Shown here in pieces: positions 47,919-57,856 of a DNA stretch of 64,000 bases (positions are counted from its first letter, which is position 1; each line of letters opens with the position of its first letter). The stretch is taken from positions 2,208,001 through 2,272,000 of the forward strand of contig CAXXIA010000002.1 of the NCBI GenBank assembly GCA_963666985.2. Direction: 5' to 3'. Position numbers and translations under genes: made by a program. The notes under the pieces are model-generated. The model did not search any database. It saw nothing but the letters and a program-made list of their open reading frames with translations, and was not told where the DNA came from. The stretch is from Spirochaetia bacterium (GTDB lineage: Bacteria > Spirochaetota > Spirochaetia > DSM-2461).

Positions 47919-50900
47919 TTAAATCACATCCTGTTCCCGGAAGCTGGCGATATATTTCATCATTAATTTTTCATCGATTCCGGGGCATTCGATTCCCAGA
48001 GGCCGAAGATTCGCTTCGGTATGAGGAGCAAGCACTTTAGCCTGTCGTTTGGAATACCGGTCGAAGAAGGAAAGTCCTGCGGTATCCTTCCCGCCGATTA
48101 AGTCTTTGAAGTAGTAAAGGATGTTGTCTTCTCCCTGTTTTTCGAAGGCGGACCGCCATGCGTCGAAGGGAACGCGTTTCACATCGATTCCGGCCTTTGA
48201 AAAGAATTCGGTAAGATCGGCGACGGTCTGCTCCTCGGTGTTGAGCAGATGGTAGTTCGTCACGTTCCCGCTTTCCTGGAGCATCAGGGCGACGACGGCT
48301 TTGCCGATATAATCCACCGGAGTCATCGGGACGAATACATCCAAATCAGGAACCATGCCGAGCTGGATACTGGAAATGAGGAATTGGCTTGCGAAATCGG
48401 CGGCTTTCCATATTCCGTTTTCGGTATCGCCGGTGATTTGACCGGGCCGGAAAACCAGGGCGTCCAAACCTTTTTCCCGAGCCGAAGCGATGCATTTTTC
48501 GGCGACCCATTTCGTTTGAGAATAGCCGAGAAGAAAGCCTTCGGAAACGGAAGCTTCGGAGGTTTCATCGACGATTTTTTCGAAGTAGGAGGGAGAATCG
48601 AAGATGCTGTAGGAGGAAATATAGGCAAGGCGTTTGGGCTTTCCCGCCGCGCAGAGACGGATCGCCTCTATGACGGACCCGACATTGGTTTCTTTCATCA
48701 TCTGGTAGGGATAAAGGAAATTCAAATGCGCGCCGTTATGGAGAACGATATCCGCCTCTTCGGCGATTCGTGAGAAATCCTTCGCGGACATTCCGAGGGA
48801 CGGCCGTGACAAATCGCCGAGAATGGGAATAATCCGGTTCCGCATGGATTCGTCCCATGAACGGTAACTTAGGAGATTATTTCGGATGCGCTGCATCCCG
48901 GATTCGGCATCGGCGGCCCTGACATGGCAGAAAAGAACGGAATCCGTTTCCCGAATCAATTCCCGGATGAGATAGGCGCCGAGGAAACCGGTGGCTCCGG
49001 TCAGGAAGATCGCGGACGGTTTGGTGATGTTCGGCCTGCCGGGTGATGCAAAGCGAAGATCATCGGGCAGAACGGCTTCCTTTTTCAGGTCGATACCGCC
49101 GCCGGCCGAGTTTGCCGCTTCACCGTCAAGGAGCGCCCCGATTCGAACCGCGAGGCGCCGCGCCGTCGGACGGCCGATAAACTCGGAAAAGGGAATTTTC
49201 ACGCCGAACATTGCTTCCAGCGCGAAGACGAGCCGCGTAACGGCAAGGGAATCCATACCCGCCGCAAGAAGGTTGTCTTCCGGTCCGGGATTTTTTTTCA
49301 GGTTGAATTTTTCCGTCAGTTCTCGAAGGATGCGTGCTTCAATTTCGTCCGTGGGCGCTTTATGAAGCGCCGATGCTGCGGCGGAAGAACCCGATGCCGG
49401 TCCGGCCTTGGAAGGTCCGGCGGCGCCCTCCGCGGCTTTATCGGCAGGCTTGCCGTTATTCGGCGCCGATGAAGGAATCCTTTCAAGTTTGTCTTTCAGA
49501 TAAAGATCTTTTACGGCGATTCTTCTGATTTTTCTGTTGTCCGTTCGCGGCAGGGAAGCCGAAGTTACGAAGACGATGTCATGGGGAGAAAGGCCGAATT
49601 TCTCCAGAAGTACCGCGGCGATGGCTTCCGACGCGTTCTGCCGATTAATACCGGCGGCGGCTTCAACGCAAAGCACGAACTCTTCTTTTCGATTGTTCGT
49701 TACGGAAAAAGCGGCGAAGTCGCAGTCTTTCATTCCCGGAATTCCGGCGGCCGCCAATTCGAAATCCTGAGGATAGTAGTTTTTACCGGCGACGATTATT
49801 AGCTCCTTGATTCTGCCGGTAACGTAAAGATGTCCTTCGTGGAGAATGCCGAGGTCGCCCGTGCGGAGAAAAAATCCATCTTCGCCGCTTAGCGTGTTAC
49901 GGAAGGTTTTCTGAGTTTCCGCTTCGTTATTCCAGTAACCCTTGGCAACGGCGGGTCCCTGAACCCAAATCTCACCGATTTCTCCCGGCCCGCAGAGCTT
50001 TTCGGTTTCGGGATTAACGATGCGGACCGTAAAGCTGTCCATCACTTCCCCGCAGGACACGAAGGTTCGTTTATCGCGTGAATCGGCGGCGGCTTCTTCA
50101 AAGAAGTTTTCGGCAACTCTTGAAGCCTCCACGACGGCGGTGCGAATCGGCGCGGGCTTTTTCTGGCAGGAAACCAGGATGGTTGTTTCGGACATGCCGT
50201 AACCGGGAGTGAAGCTGTCGATGGAGAAACCGGTGCCGTCCATCAATTCGGCGAAGGCTTCCAGGGTTTCGATATCAATGGCTTCCGATCCGTTTCCCGC
50301 GGCTTTAATGGCCGAAAGATCGAGATCTTTTACCTTTTCTTTGTCCAAAACATCGGCGCAGAGCCTGTAAATGGAATTGGGTGCGGCAATGAGGAACGCG
50401 CCGTATCGGGAGGCGATGTCGAAGAGCCGGAAGGGATCTTCCATGAACGCCGGAGGAGTCATATTAATGCTGTTGTAGCCGACATACACACTGAAAAGGC
50501 CGTGATACACAAGGCCTATGCTATGGAAGAACGGTGCGAATCCCACCGAAGGTTCTCTCATGGGATAGGCCGCTGTTTTCGCGATGTCGCGGATATTGGA
50601 AAGGATGTTCCGATGGCTCAGCATGATGCCCTTGGGCTGGGAGACGGATCCCGAAGTGTACTGCAGAACGGCCGTATCGTTCGGATCGATCGCTTCGGGA
50701 ACATAGTCGTCCGGTTTGCAGCGGCCATTGTCGATGTTGAACAGGGAAAACCCCTTGGCCAATCTGATAAGTCCCTTCATCAGGAATGTGGGAACGGCCT
50801 TCGGATACATCGCTTTTTCAAGGATGGGGGCCAGAAATTTATTGCAGAGTATAAATCGCGGCTTTGCGGATTTTAATACCGATTTGAAGCGGAGTTTTTT

Positions 50901-51206
50901 CTGTGCGTCCACCGGGGGCGGAATGATGACGATGATTCCGCCGGCGTAGAGGGTGCCGAAGAGGGAAAGGATGTTGTCATGGGTTTGCGAGGAGAACACC
51001 AGGACCCTCTGCCCTCTTTTTAATCCCATCCTTTTCAGGTCCGCCGCGATGCGTCGGGCCTCATCATAGACTTCTTTAAAGGTGAACTCGTAGATGTTCT
51101 CTTTGCCGTCCCGGTGATAAATGAACGTGTAGGCTGTTTCGTTCGGGGTGAGTCGTGCTTTTTCTTCGAGCAGTTCGGTTAATGTCCAAGCGCTGCTGTA
51201 TTCCAT
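47919..51206 (-). CDS. Fatty acyl-AMP ligase + acyl carrier + thioester reductase (FAAL-ACP-R) multidomain enzyme
   Basis: LQYTSGS..PKG, YGMSE, RTGDLG and GRIKELIIVAGKNYYPQDFE (FAAL-type); GMDSL phosphopantetheine Ser; TGATGFLG and YSQTK reductase. Start 51206 behind GAGGA; alternative start 51275. Confidence 0.9.
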   Translation of the reverse strand: MEYSSAWTLTELLEEKARLTPNETAYTFIYHRDGKENIYEFTFKEVYDEARRIAADLKRMGLKRGQRVLVFSSQTHDNILSLFGTLYAGGIIVIIPPPVDAQKKLRFKSVLKSAKPRFILCNKFLAPILEKAMYPKAVPTFLMKGLIRLAKGFSLFNIDNGRCKPDDYVPEAIDPNDTAVLQYTSGSVSQPKGIMLSHRNILSNIRDIAKTAAYPMREPSVGFAPFFHSIGLVYHGLFSVYVGYNSINMTPPAFMEDPFRLFDIASRYGAFLIAAPNSIYRLCADVLDKEKVKDLDLSAIKAAGNGSEAIDIETLEAFAELMDGTGFSIDSFTPGYGMSETTILVSCQKKPAPIRTAVVEASRVAENFFEEAAADSRDKRTFVSCGEVMDSFTVRIVNPETEKLCGPGEIGEIWVQGPAVAKGYWNNEAETQKTFRNTLSGEDGFFLRTGDLGILHEGHLYVTGRIKELIIVAGKNYYPQDFELAAAGIPGMKDCDFAAFSVTNNRKEEFVLCVEAAAGINRQNASEAIAAVLLEKFGLSPHDIVFVTSASLPRTDNRKIRRIAVKDLYLKDKLERIPSSAPNNGKPADKAAEGAAGPSKAGPASGSSAAASALHKAPTDEIEARILRELTEKFNLKKNPGPEDNLLAAGMDSLAVTRLVFALEAMFGVKIPFSEFIGRPTARRLAVRIGALLDGEAANSAGGGIDLKKEAVLPDDLRFASPGRPNITKPSAIFLTGATGFLGAYLIRELIRETDSVLFCHVRAADAESGMQRIRNNLLSYRSWDESMRNRIIPILGDLSRPSLGMSAKDFSRIAEEADIVLHNGAHLNFLYPYQMMKETNVGSVIEAIRLCAAGKPKRLAYISSYSIFDSPSYFEKIVDETSEASVSEGFLLGYSQTKWVAEKCIASAREKGLDALVFRPGQITGDTENGIWKAADFASQFLISSIQLGMVPDLDVFVPMTPVDYIGKAVVALMLQESGNVTNYHLLNTEEQTVADLTEFFSKAGIDVKRVPFDAWRSAFEKQGEDNILYYFKDLIGGKDTAGLSFFDRYSKRQAKVLAPHTEANLRPLGIECPGIDEKLMMKYIASFREQDVI

Positions 51207-51231
51207 GGCATCCTCGTGAATTGGGGCTATT

Positions 51232-51271
51232 CGCCTTCCGTCCGGGAAGAGACGGGCGGAAGGCGTTTTTT
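51232..51271. terminator. GC-rich hairpin between acyltransferase and FAAL genes
   Basis: CGCCTTCCG...CGGAAGGCG followed by a T-run on the + strand (antisense to the operon). Confidence 0.55.
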
Positions 51272-51274
51272 GCA

Positions 51275-52024
51275 TTATGAGCTGTGGCGGTTCTTTTTAT
51301 CGGTCTTTTTCGGCGGAGTCTGTCCGCCGGGCAGATTGCAATCGCCGCCGTTTTCATCGATGACATTCTGCATTTCCGCGTGAACCGCCTCCGAGAAGGC
51401 TTTCATCGCTTCTTTTCTGCTTTGTGAGTTTTTAAGATAAGATTCGGGATACAGGGGTTTCCCGATGATGTACTCCACTCGAGGCGGAAGCCAGGGGAAA
51501 ATACGCCAGGCTTTTCGTTCATGGAGAACTTCGGTCATGGGAAGAACCGGAACATCGGCCGCAAGGGCGAAATGGAAAGCACCCGGGAAAAAAGGGGCGA
51601 TATTCTGATTCCTATGATACAAAACCCCTTCGGGATAGATATGGACAACATGTTTTTTCTTCAGGGCTTTCAGAATCGGGGTGGTAACGGATAAAGGCCT
51701 GTCTTCCGGAATTCCGAAAGCGCCCATGATTCTGCACAGCCAGCCGATATACGTTCGTTCCACGTTCTTTTGCTCTGCACAGTACCAGAGACGCCTTGGC
51801 CAGACGGTCATGCCTGCAAAAATTGGTTCACCATAGAGGCAGTGGTTGGAGACGGTTATGAATCCCCGGCGTCCGATTGAACGGAGGTTTTTTCCGCCTT
51901 TAATCCGCATGGCGTAAAGAACGCGGACGACCGGGCAGACCAGGACTTTGGCCAGAAAGGTCATGATGCCGGTAGCGACTGTCCGCGGAAAAGAAAAATT
52001 GATGATGGGGTGATCGGATGCCAT
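51275..52024 (-). CDS. PlsC/lysophospholipid acyltransferase family protein
   Basis: VSNHCLYGE (HX4E variant of HX4D), YPEG and AFHFAL..VPVLP; 1-nt overlap with the GT2 gene. Confidence 0.85.
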   Translation of the reverse strand: MASDHPIINFSFPRTVATGIMTFLAKVLVCPVVRVLYAMRIKGGKNLRSIGRRGFITVSNHCLYGEPIFAGMTVWPRRLWYCAEQKNVERTYIGWLCRIMGAFGIPEDRPLSVTTPILKALKKKHVVHIYPEGVLYHRNQNIAPFFPGAFHFALAADVPVLPMTEVLHERKAWRIFPWLPPRVEYIIGKPLYPESYLKNSQSRKEAMKAFSEAVHAEMQNVIDENGGDCNLPGGQTPPKKTDKKNRHSS

Positions 52025-53175
52025 CAGCCGTCACCCGTGCGGGAGTAGGTTACCACGCGTCCTTTCCAGGAATATCCCCGACCGGAAAATCCGTTGATGA
52101 TGGAACTCAGGCATACCCATGCCATAACGGCGAACTGGACCGGATAAAGGAACGGGACATACCATTTCTGCCTTCTATCCCAAAGAACCGCCGCCCAGGC
52201 GGTCAGGAAGGTTGCCATTCCAATCCAGATTCCGAGGGGCAACGTATGTCCCCGCAGCAGATCGGCGGCCGCGATAAGGGGCGGAGAAAGGATTAATCCG
52301 CCCAACAGGATGATTATCAGGCCGAGCGTCAGGGCGCTGCCGTCGAAGTATTCCAGCTGAATCCGTCGAAGGCCTTTAAAAGCCTCGCCGAAAGAACCGT
52401 AGAGTTCTCCGGAAAGAACGTCTTTTGCGTCCAGGAAGGCATGCCGGAAACCTTTTTCTTTCATACGCCGGGCCATGCAGACATCTTCGTTGATTCTGTT
52501 TTTCACGGCATCGTATCCGCCGGCTTCGTCATAGGCTTTTCGGGTGTAGGCGAAAATTTGGCCTATGGCGTGGCTGTCTTTTGGATTTGTGTTTTCCATA
52601 ACCTTCCAGAGGCGAACGATGTTCATGGTCGGCATGTAGAATACGGGAGCCAGCAGTGCTTCACCGAAGTTCCTCATGGGGTGGCGGGCATAGCCCGAAA
52701 GGGAATCCGCTTCGTGGACCGTCAGATTGGTTGCCGCCCAGGCGATGAGATCGGTTTGAGGAGCCATGTCGGCATCCAGAAAAAGAAGGATATCGCCGCT
52801 TGCGTGTCCGGCCAGCTGCGAGAGGGCCCAGGGTTTGCCGTTCCACCCTTCGGGGATCGGGCCGCCTTCGATAATTTTAAACCGCGAATCACCCTCGGCG
52901 GCTTGGTCCATAAGGGCGCGGGTTCCGTCGGTGGAATGGTCATCCAGAAGGATAACCTCATAATTCGCATAATTTTGGCGCTTCAGGCCTTCCAGACAAG
53001 GACCGATTCGTCTTTCTTCGTTTCGCGCCGGAACCAGGATGGAAACTTTGGGGCCTTCGAAAATCTCAGGTTTTTGAGTTGCCTTTCGCATGAAAAGGAC
53101 ATTCCTGATACCCATCCATAAGAAAAACATGCCCATCCCGATGATGAGGGCGGAGTACAGAGTGATGAAATCCAA
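52024..53175 (-). CDS. Membrane-bound GT2 glycosyltransferase (CrtQ/HpnB-like)
   Basis: VSILVPARNEE, DDHSTDGT, GWNGKPWA, FLDAD, EDV and C-terminal WKGR; N- and C-terminal TMs; TTG start. Confidence 0.9.
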   Translation of the reverse strand: MDFITLYSALIIGMGMFFLWMGIRNVLFMRKATQKPEIFEGPKVSILVPARNEERRIGPCLEGLKRQNYANYEVILLDDHSTDGTRALMDQAAEGDSRFKIIEGGPIPEGWNGKPWALSQLAGHASGDILLFLDADMAPQTDLIAWAATNLTVHEADSLSGYARHPMRNFGEALLAPVFYMPTMNIVRLWKVMENTNPKDSHAIGQIFAYTRKAYDEAGGYDAVKNRINEDVCMARRMKEKGFRHAFLDAKDVLSGELYGSFGEAFKGLRRIQLEYFDGSALTLGLIIILLGGLILSPPLIAAADLLRGHTLPLGIWIGMATFLTAWAAVLWDRRQKWYVPFLYPVQFAVMAWVCLSSIINGFSGRGYSWKGRVVTYSRTGDG

Positions 53176-53420
53176 GCAAACCTCCGGGGCTGAGGGATTA
53201 TAGTCTTAACGCATCGTAACACCGATTAACCGGCCGTCACAGCCTTATCTCGGCCCTGTTTATGGATTTGACTTCTTATTTTGTTATGTTAGGAAATTGT
53301 TAAATTTTATCTTTTTTGTAGATTGACTATCAACATTATATTTTTCGCACTTTTTTTCTTGCGCCGCCATCGAAAGCGCCATAGCGTTTGAGTGAAATCG
53401 ATAACCGCCAGGAGGCCACA

Positions 53421-54413
53421 ATGATTAGAGCCAATTATGAATCGGATGCCGGCAAACGCAAGTTTGTTCCCCACGAACAATTGGGGACCATTCCGCACAT
53501 GCCTTTCGAAGAGTATTCCGAGAAACTGAAGCACTGCTTAATGATGAAAAGAGAAAATGGAATCCTCGAAGCACGGCTTCATACCGACGGCGACTCCATG
53601 CGATGGGGCGCTCCCGCGCATCAGGGACTTCATTACTTCTTCGACTGGGCCGGCAGAGACCCGGAAAATGAAATCATTATTCTCGGAGGCACGGGAAAGG
53701 ATTTCATCAAATCCATGGGCAGACCCAAGGATGAAGACGCCGAACCCGAAGCAGAAGAGTTCAGTTCCAAGGAAAACGAAGCCTGGAAGATGTACGAATA
53801 TCAGTATTACGACGGTATCAACGATATCGAAGGTCAGATTTTCGACATTGAGGTTCCCACCATCGGTGTCTGGAACGGTGCGGCGTTCCACACGGATCTT
53901 GTTCTCTACAACGATATTACCCTTTGTACCGAAGATGCCTGGACCACCGAAATGCATTTCAGGGTGAACATGGTTCCCGGCGACGGAATCCAGCTTGCAT
54001 GGAGAGAATTGATGGGCATGAAGAGATTCTCTTATGCGGAACTCACCGGCGAGATTATCACCGCCCGCAAAGCCCTGGAGCTGGGCATGGTGAACGAAAT
54101 CTGCACCGATACCGAAGCCGCCTATAAAAGAGCCTGGGAAATCGCCGAATTGATTATGCGAACCGGTTCCCGGGTTACCCGCCGCATAACAACTCAGCAG
54201 CTTCGGGCAAAATGGAAAAGCATTATTGCGAATGAAGCACGGAACGCCTTCTCCACCGAGATGTTCGTTACCGCAACCGAGCATTCTCCGCATGACAATT
54301 ATTTCTGGGACTGGGCTCACGAAGAGGCGGAACTGGTGAAGAAAGCCGAGAAGATGGGCAAAGTGGTTCGTCCGCGCGTGAACGGCGGTCAGATGGAAGA
54401 CGAAATCAAGTAA
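53421..54413 (+). CDS. Crotonase-fold protein resembling 6-oxocamphor (beta-diketone) hydrolase
   Basis: DPENEIIILGGTG, EVPTIGVWNG, HTD, HF....PGDG and TARKALELGMVNE; start behind AGGAGG. Confidence 0.75.
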   Translation: MIRANYESDAGKRKFVPHEQLGTIPHMPFEEYSEKLKHCLMMKRENGILEARLHTDGDSMRWGAPAHQGLHYFFDWAGRDPENEIIILGGTGKDFIKSMGRPKDEDAEPEAEEFSSKENEAWKMYEYQYYDGINDIEGQIFDIEVPTIGVWNGAAFHTDLVLYNDITLCTEDAWTTEMHFRVNMVPGDGIQLAWRELMGMKRFSYAELTGEIITARKALELGMVNEICTDTEAAYKRAWEIAELIMRTGSRVTRRITTQQLRAKWKSIIANEARNAFSTEMFVTATEHSPHDNYFWDWAHEEAELVKKAEKMGKVVRPRVNGGQMEDEIK

Positions 54414-54435
54414 TTTCAGCCCTAATTTCTTAAGC

Positions 54436-54461
54436 AAAGCCCGGGCTTCTCCGGGCTTTTT
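54436..54461. terminator. Bidirectional intrinsic terminator between convergent genes
   Basis: AAAGCCCGG-gcttct-CCGGGCTTTTT. Confidence 0.85.
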
Positions 54462-54463
54462 AA

Positions 54464-56011
54464 TTAACGGTGAAACTTCGGCTGTGAAGATGACATTCTG
54501 GAGACCGCATCGACGATAACCGGTCTGATGCGCCGAACCGCTCCGTCCATCTCTTCATCATCGAGCGCCGTTATTCCAAAGAGCAGTCCTCCATATTTGG
54601 GTTTTACCAAGGCATAAGAGGAGAGGGCGGGCACTTCGTATCCGCGTGTTCGCAGGGCCAGCGATACGATGTTGTCGTCGACTCCTTCGGGCAGCCGGAC
54701 GACGATGTGCAGACCGGCGCCGCAGTCGTTAATACCGATGATATTGCCGAGGTGACCTCGAAGCGCCTTGAGCAGCGCTTCTCTTTTATTCGTGTATATC
54801 TTGCGCATTCGGCGGATATGGCGGGTGAAGTGTCCTTCGCGAATATAATCGTTCAGAACGATTTGTTCGAATGAAGGAGACCCCCTGTCGGCATGAGCTC
54901 TGAGGGCGTGTATGGGTTCCACCAGATTCATGGGAACCACCATGTATCCGAGGCGCAAACCCGGAAAAAGAACCTTGCTGAACGTACCCACGTAAATAAC
55001 GCGTTCCGCCCTGTCTATGCCCTGAAGGGACATCACCGGATCGCCGCTGTAGCGGAACTCGCTGTCGTAGTCGTCTTCGATAATCCAGGACTTGTTTTCT
55101 TCGGCCCACCGCAGGAGCTGAAGGCGGCGATTGAAATCCATGGTAACACCCATCGGGTACTGGTTGGACGGCGAAATGTATGCGGCCCGGCTTGACGGAT
55201 CGGCTTTCAGGGCCGCTTCGACATTAAAGCCTTCTTCATCCACGGGAACGGGAACCAGGCGGGCGGGAACGTTCCGAAACGCCGCCTTGGCACCGTCGTA
55301 GCTGGGATCTTCGATCCAGACGGATTCTCCGGGATTCAGCAGGAGCTGCGAGGTGAGGTTGAGCGCCTGCTGGGCGCCGTCGGTGATGATGACCTGACGG
55401 CTGACGCAGGAAACGCCGCGGGAGGTTCTTAAATAAGATGCGAGGGCTTCGCGAAGCGGGTGGTATCCGAGGGCCGAGGGATATCCGAATTGGTTTCGGG
55501 GCATGCGTCTCCAGGCGCGGTTCATCAGCGTTCCCCAGATGGTGACGAATCGTTCGTCGATATACGGAAACGCCGGAGTGAAGGGCACCAGGCGGGACTG
55601 TTCCATGTAGGGAACGTTCTGGAGGGCTATGGCTCTGTCCGAGATTTTCGGATTTCGTTCTTTCGTTCCCGGACTTCTCCCTCGAGCCGCCGCCTGAAGG
55701 CTTCCTTCGCCGTCGATTCCGTCTCTGAGCAGTTCTTCCGGAAGCGAAGAACTTACGACGGTGCCCGAGCCGATGGAACTTTCAAGGAGACCTTCGGCCA
55801 AAAGCTGGTTGTAGGCGTTCACGACGGTATTGCGGCCGATTCCCGCCTCCTCGGACAAGGCCCGGGTGGAAGGCATGCGGTCGCCGGGAAGCAGATGTCC
55901 CGTTATGATTTTATCCCGGATGGTTCTGTAGAGCTGTCTGTGGAGCGGCGCGGATGCGTTCCGATCCAAATTGATGATTCCGAGAGAGACTTGAGGCGCG
56001 ACTCTGGGCAT
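54464..56011 (-). CDS. MocR/GabR family regulator (GntR HTH + PLP aminotransferase-like domain)
   Basis: PSTRALS..IGRNTVVNAYNQL.AEG, PSNQYPMG, IIEDDYDSEF and GTFSKVLFPGLRLG. Confidence 0.95.
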   Translation of the reverse strand: MPRVAPQVSLGIINLDRNASAPLHRQLYRTIRDKIITGHLLPGDRMPSTRALSEEAGIGRNTVVNAYNQLLAEGLLESSIGSGTVVSSSLPEELLRDGIDGEGSLQAAARGRSPGTKERNPKISDRAIALQNVPYMEQSRLVPFTPAFPYIDERFVTIWGTLMNRAWRRMPRNQFGYPSALGYHPLREALASYLRTSRGVSCVSRQVIITDGAQQALNLTSQLLLNPGESVWIEDPSYDGAKAAFRNVPARLVPVPVDEEGFNVEAALKADPSSRAAYISPSNQYPMGVTMDFNRRLQLLRWAEENKSWIIEDDYDSEFRYSGDPVMSLQGIDRAERVIYVGTFSKVLFPGLRLGYMVVPMNLVEPIHALRAHADRGSPSFEQIVLNDYIREGHFTRHIRRMRKIYTNKREALLKALRGHLGNIIGINDCGAGLHIVVRLPEGVDDNIVSLALRTRGYEVPALSSYALVKPKYGGLLFGITALDDEEMDGAVRRIRPVIVDAVSRMSSSQPKFHR

Positions 56012-56568
56012 AAGTGGTTCCTTTACCAGCTTAATTTCTGAATCTTGTTTGGTCCAAATGTAAAGCCGCATATCGTTAATGTCTATTGAGTACCGGTATG
56101 ACGAAAAGATTATGTCATTCGCGGCGGCGGGAGAATGAACACAATCCGGAATTTGAACGGAATTGAAAAGATTTTCTCAGGCTGATTTCAAGGGATATCG
56201 TTTCATCGATTTCCCGCTGATCCGTTTTGTGGGAAAATTCTCAAGGAGTATCTCGGAGGCATCTCATTGGAATCTCCTTATTGAGGCTAAGTAACGGGTG
56301 CCCATTCTTCTTCTTGGAGTGATAAAACCGAACCATCCGAAATTTCGCGACCGACAAGATGAAAGCTCCGGAAAAAAGAGCCGAGGAGTATCGGATCACA
56401 CGTTTTCAACATAAGTGTCTTTTTTCGCGAAATGATTCGAAAAAAAGTCCACAAGATAGAAGAAAAGTCGCGTTGTCGTCCCCGATATTGCATTCCTAAA
56501 ATTATGGCTATGGCATGTTTCGGAATACTTTCGAACGCTTGAACATAGATTCCAGGAGGGATTAAGAC

Positions 56569-57732
56569 ATGAAGAAAATGCAAGCCGTCATGTTGTTATG
56601 CGCCGCCGTTGTGTTGTCCTTTACAGGCTGTAAAGGAAAGGATACGGCCGACGCTTCGTCGGGAACCGAGCCGCTCAAGATCGGCGTTGCGGCTCCGATT
56701 ACCGGGAACTACGCCGAGTACGGTTTGGGCTTCCAGGTTGCAACGGCTATGGCCGCCGAGAAAATTAACGCTGAGGGAGGAATCAACGGCCGGCCCATCG
56801 AGCTGGTGGTTATGGACTCCAAGGGAGACGCCAAGGAAGCGACGGCCATTGCTCGGCAATTCGCCGATGATGACGACATCATGGCCGTCGTGGGAGACTT
56901 CTCCAGTACCTGCTGCATGGCTACGGCTCCTATTTATGAAGAAGCCGAGCTCGTTCAGCTTTCACCGACCGCTTCGAACCCGGATTACGCAGGTCTTAAT
57001 AAGTACATGTTCGGCGTCATGGGAGTCCAAAGCGCCGAAGGTCCTTTTGTCGCGGAGTACCTGCTCGGCAAGTACCTCGGTTCCAAGAAAGTTGCCGTTA
57101 TTTACTTGAATAACGACTGGGGAGTCTCGGCGAGTACTTACCTGATTGAGAAGGCAAAGGAAGTCGGCATCGACATTGTCGCCGAGGAAAACCATGTTGA
57201 TGGCGAGAAGGATTTTACCGCTCTCCTCACGAAGGTACAGCAGACTAATCCGGATACTCTGTGTCTGATCACTTTCTATAACGAATGCGCCATCATTGCG
57301 AACCAGGTGGCTCAGATGGGCTGGGACGTCCAGCTCGCCGCGCTGGGACCGGGCGCTTCGGAACAGATTATCGATCTCGGAGGCGCTAATGTCGAAGGCT
57401 TCTTAACCAGTACTCCGTTCTTCGCTCCGAACGAAGGTGATTCTTTGGCCACTCAATTTAAGAAAGCCTTCGAACCCAAAGCGGGATTCACACTGAATGT
57501 CCATTCGGCCTGTGCTTACGATGCTTTGTCTATGGTTGCCGATGCGATGAAAAACTGCGACGAGATCAACAGGAACAACATTCGTGACGAATTGGCGTCC
57601 ATGAAGGGATTTGTCGGAGTAACCGGACCTATCGAGTTTCAACCGGCCGGCGACATTGTGAGGAAGTATCTCATCGTTGGTATTGAAAAAGGCGAGTGGG
57701 TTATTAAGACAAACTACGATTACTCCGACTGA
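56569..57732 (+). CDS. Liv-type (branched-chain amino acid family) ABC substrate-binding lipoprotein
   Basis: Lipobox FTGC; IGVAAPITG, INAEGGINGRPIEL, DFTALLTK and AYDA. Confidence 0.92.
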   Translation: MKKMQAVMLLCAAVVLSFTGCKGKDTADASSGTEPLKIGVAAPITGNYAEYGLGFQVATAMAAEKINAEGGINGRPIELVVMDSKGDAKEATAIARQFADDDDIMAVVGDFSSTCCMATAPIYEEAELVQLSPTASNPDYAGLNKYMFGVMGVQSAEGPFVAEYLLGKYLGSKKVAVIYLNNDWGVSASTYLIEKAKEVGIDIVAEENHVDGEKDFTALLTKVQQTNPDTLCLITFYNECAIIANQVAQMGWDVQLAALGPGASEQIIDLGGANVEGFLTSTPFFAPNEGDSLATQFKKAFEPKAGFTLNVHSACAYDALSMVADAMKNCDEINRNNIRDELASMKGFVGVTGPIEFQPAGDIVRKYLIVGIEKGEWVIKTNYDYSD

Positions 57733-57775
57733 CTTTGATTCCGCCTGAGAATTGGAAAGGCTTTGTGATGCAATA

Positions 57776-57830
57776 CGGCGGATCCGGGGAAAAGGAACGA
57801 AGCGAGACGCTTTCGTTCCGGGATCCGCTG
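57776..57830. other. Intercistronic stem-loop after the Liv SBP gene
   Basis: CGGCGGATCC..GGAACGAAGCG-aga-CGCTTTCGTTCC..GGATCCGCTG nested inverted repeat. Confidence 0.6.
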
Positions 57831-57856
57831 AAGATCTGAGAATGTGAGGAGCAGCT

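Noticed and set aside
53538..54437. 299-aa minus-strand ORF
   Set aside because: Antisense shadow of the crotonase gene.
56200..56340. Possible riboswitch in the long leader upstream of the Liv SBP
   Set aside because: Hairpins are present (CTCAAGGAG...CTCCTT.TTGAG) but I recognise no SAM, T-box or glycine consensus; an Rfam scan would be needed.
56511..56526. Sigma54 promoter at TGGCATG
   Set aside because: No TTGC at the -12 position.
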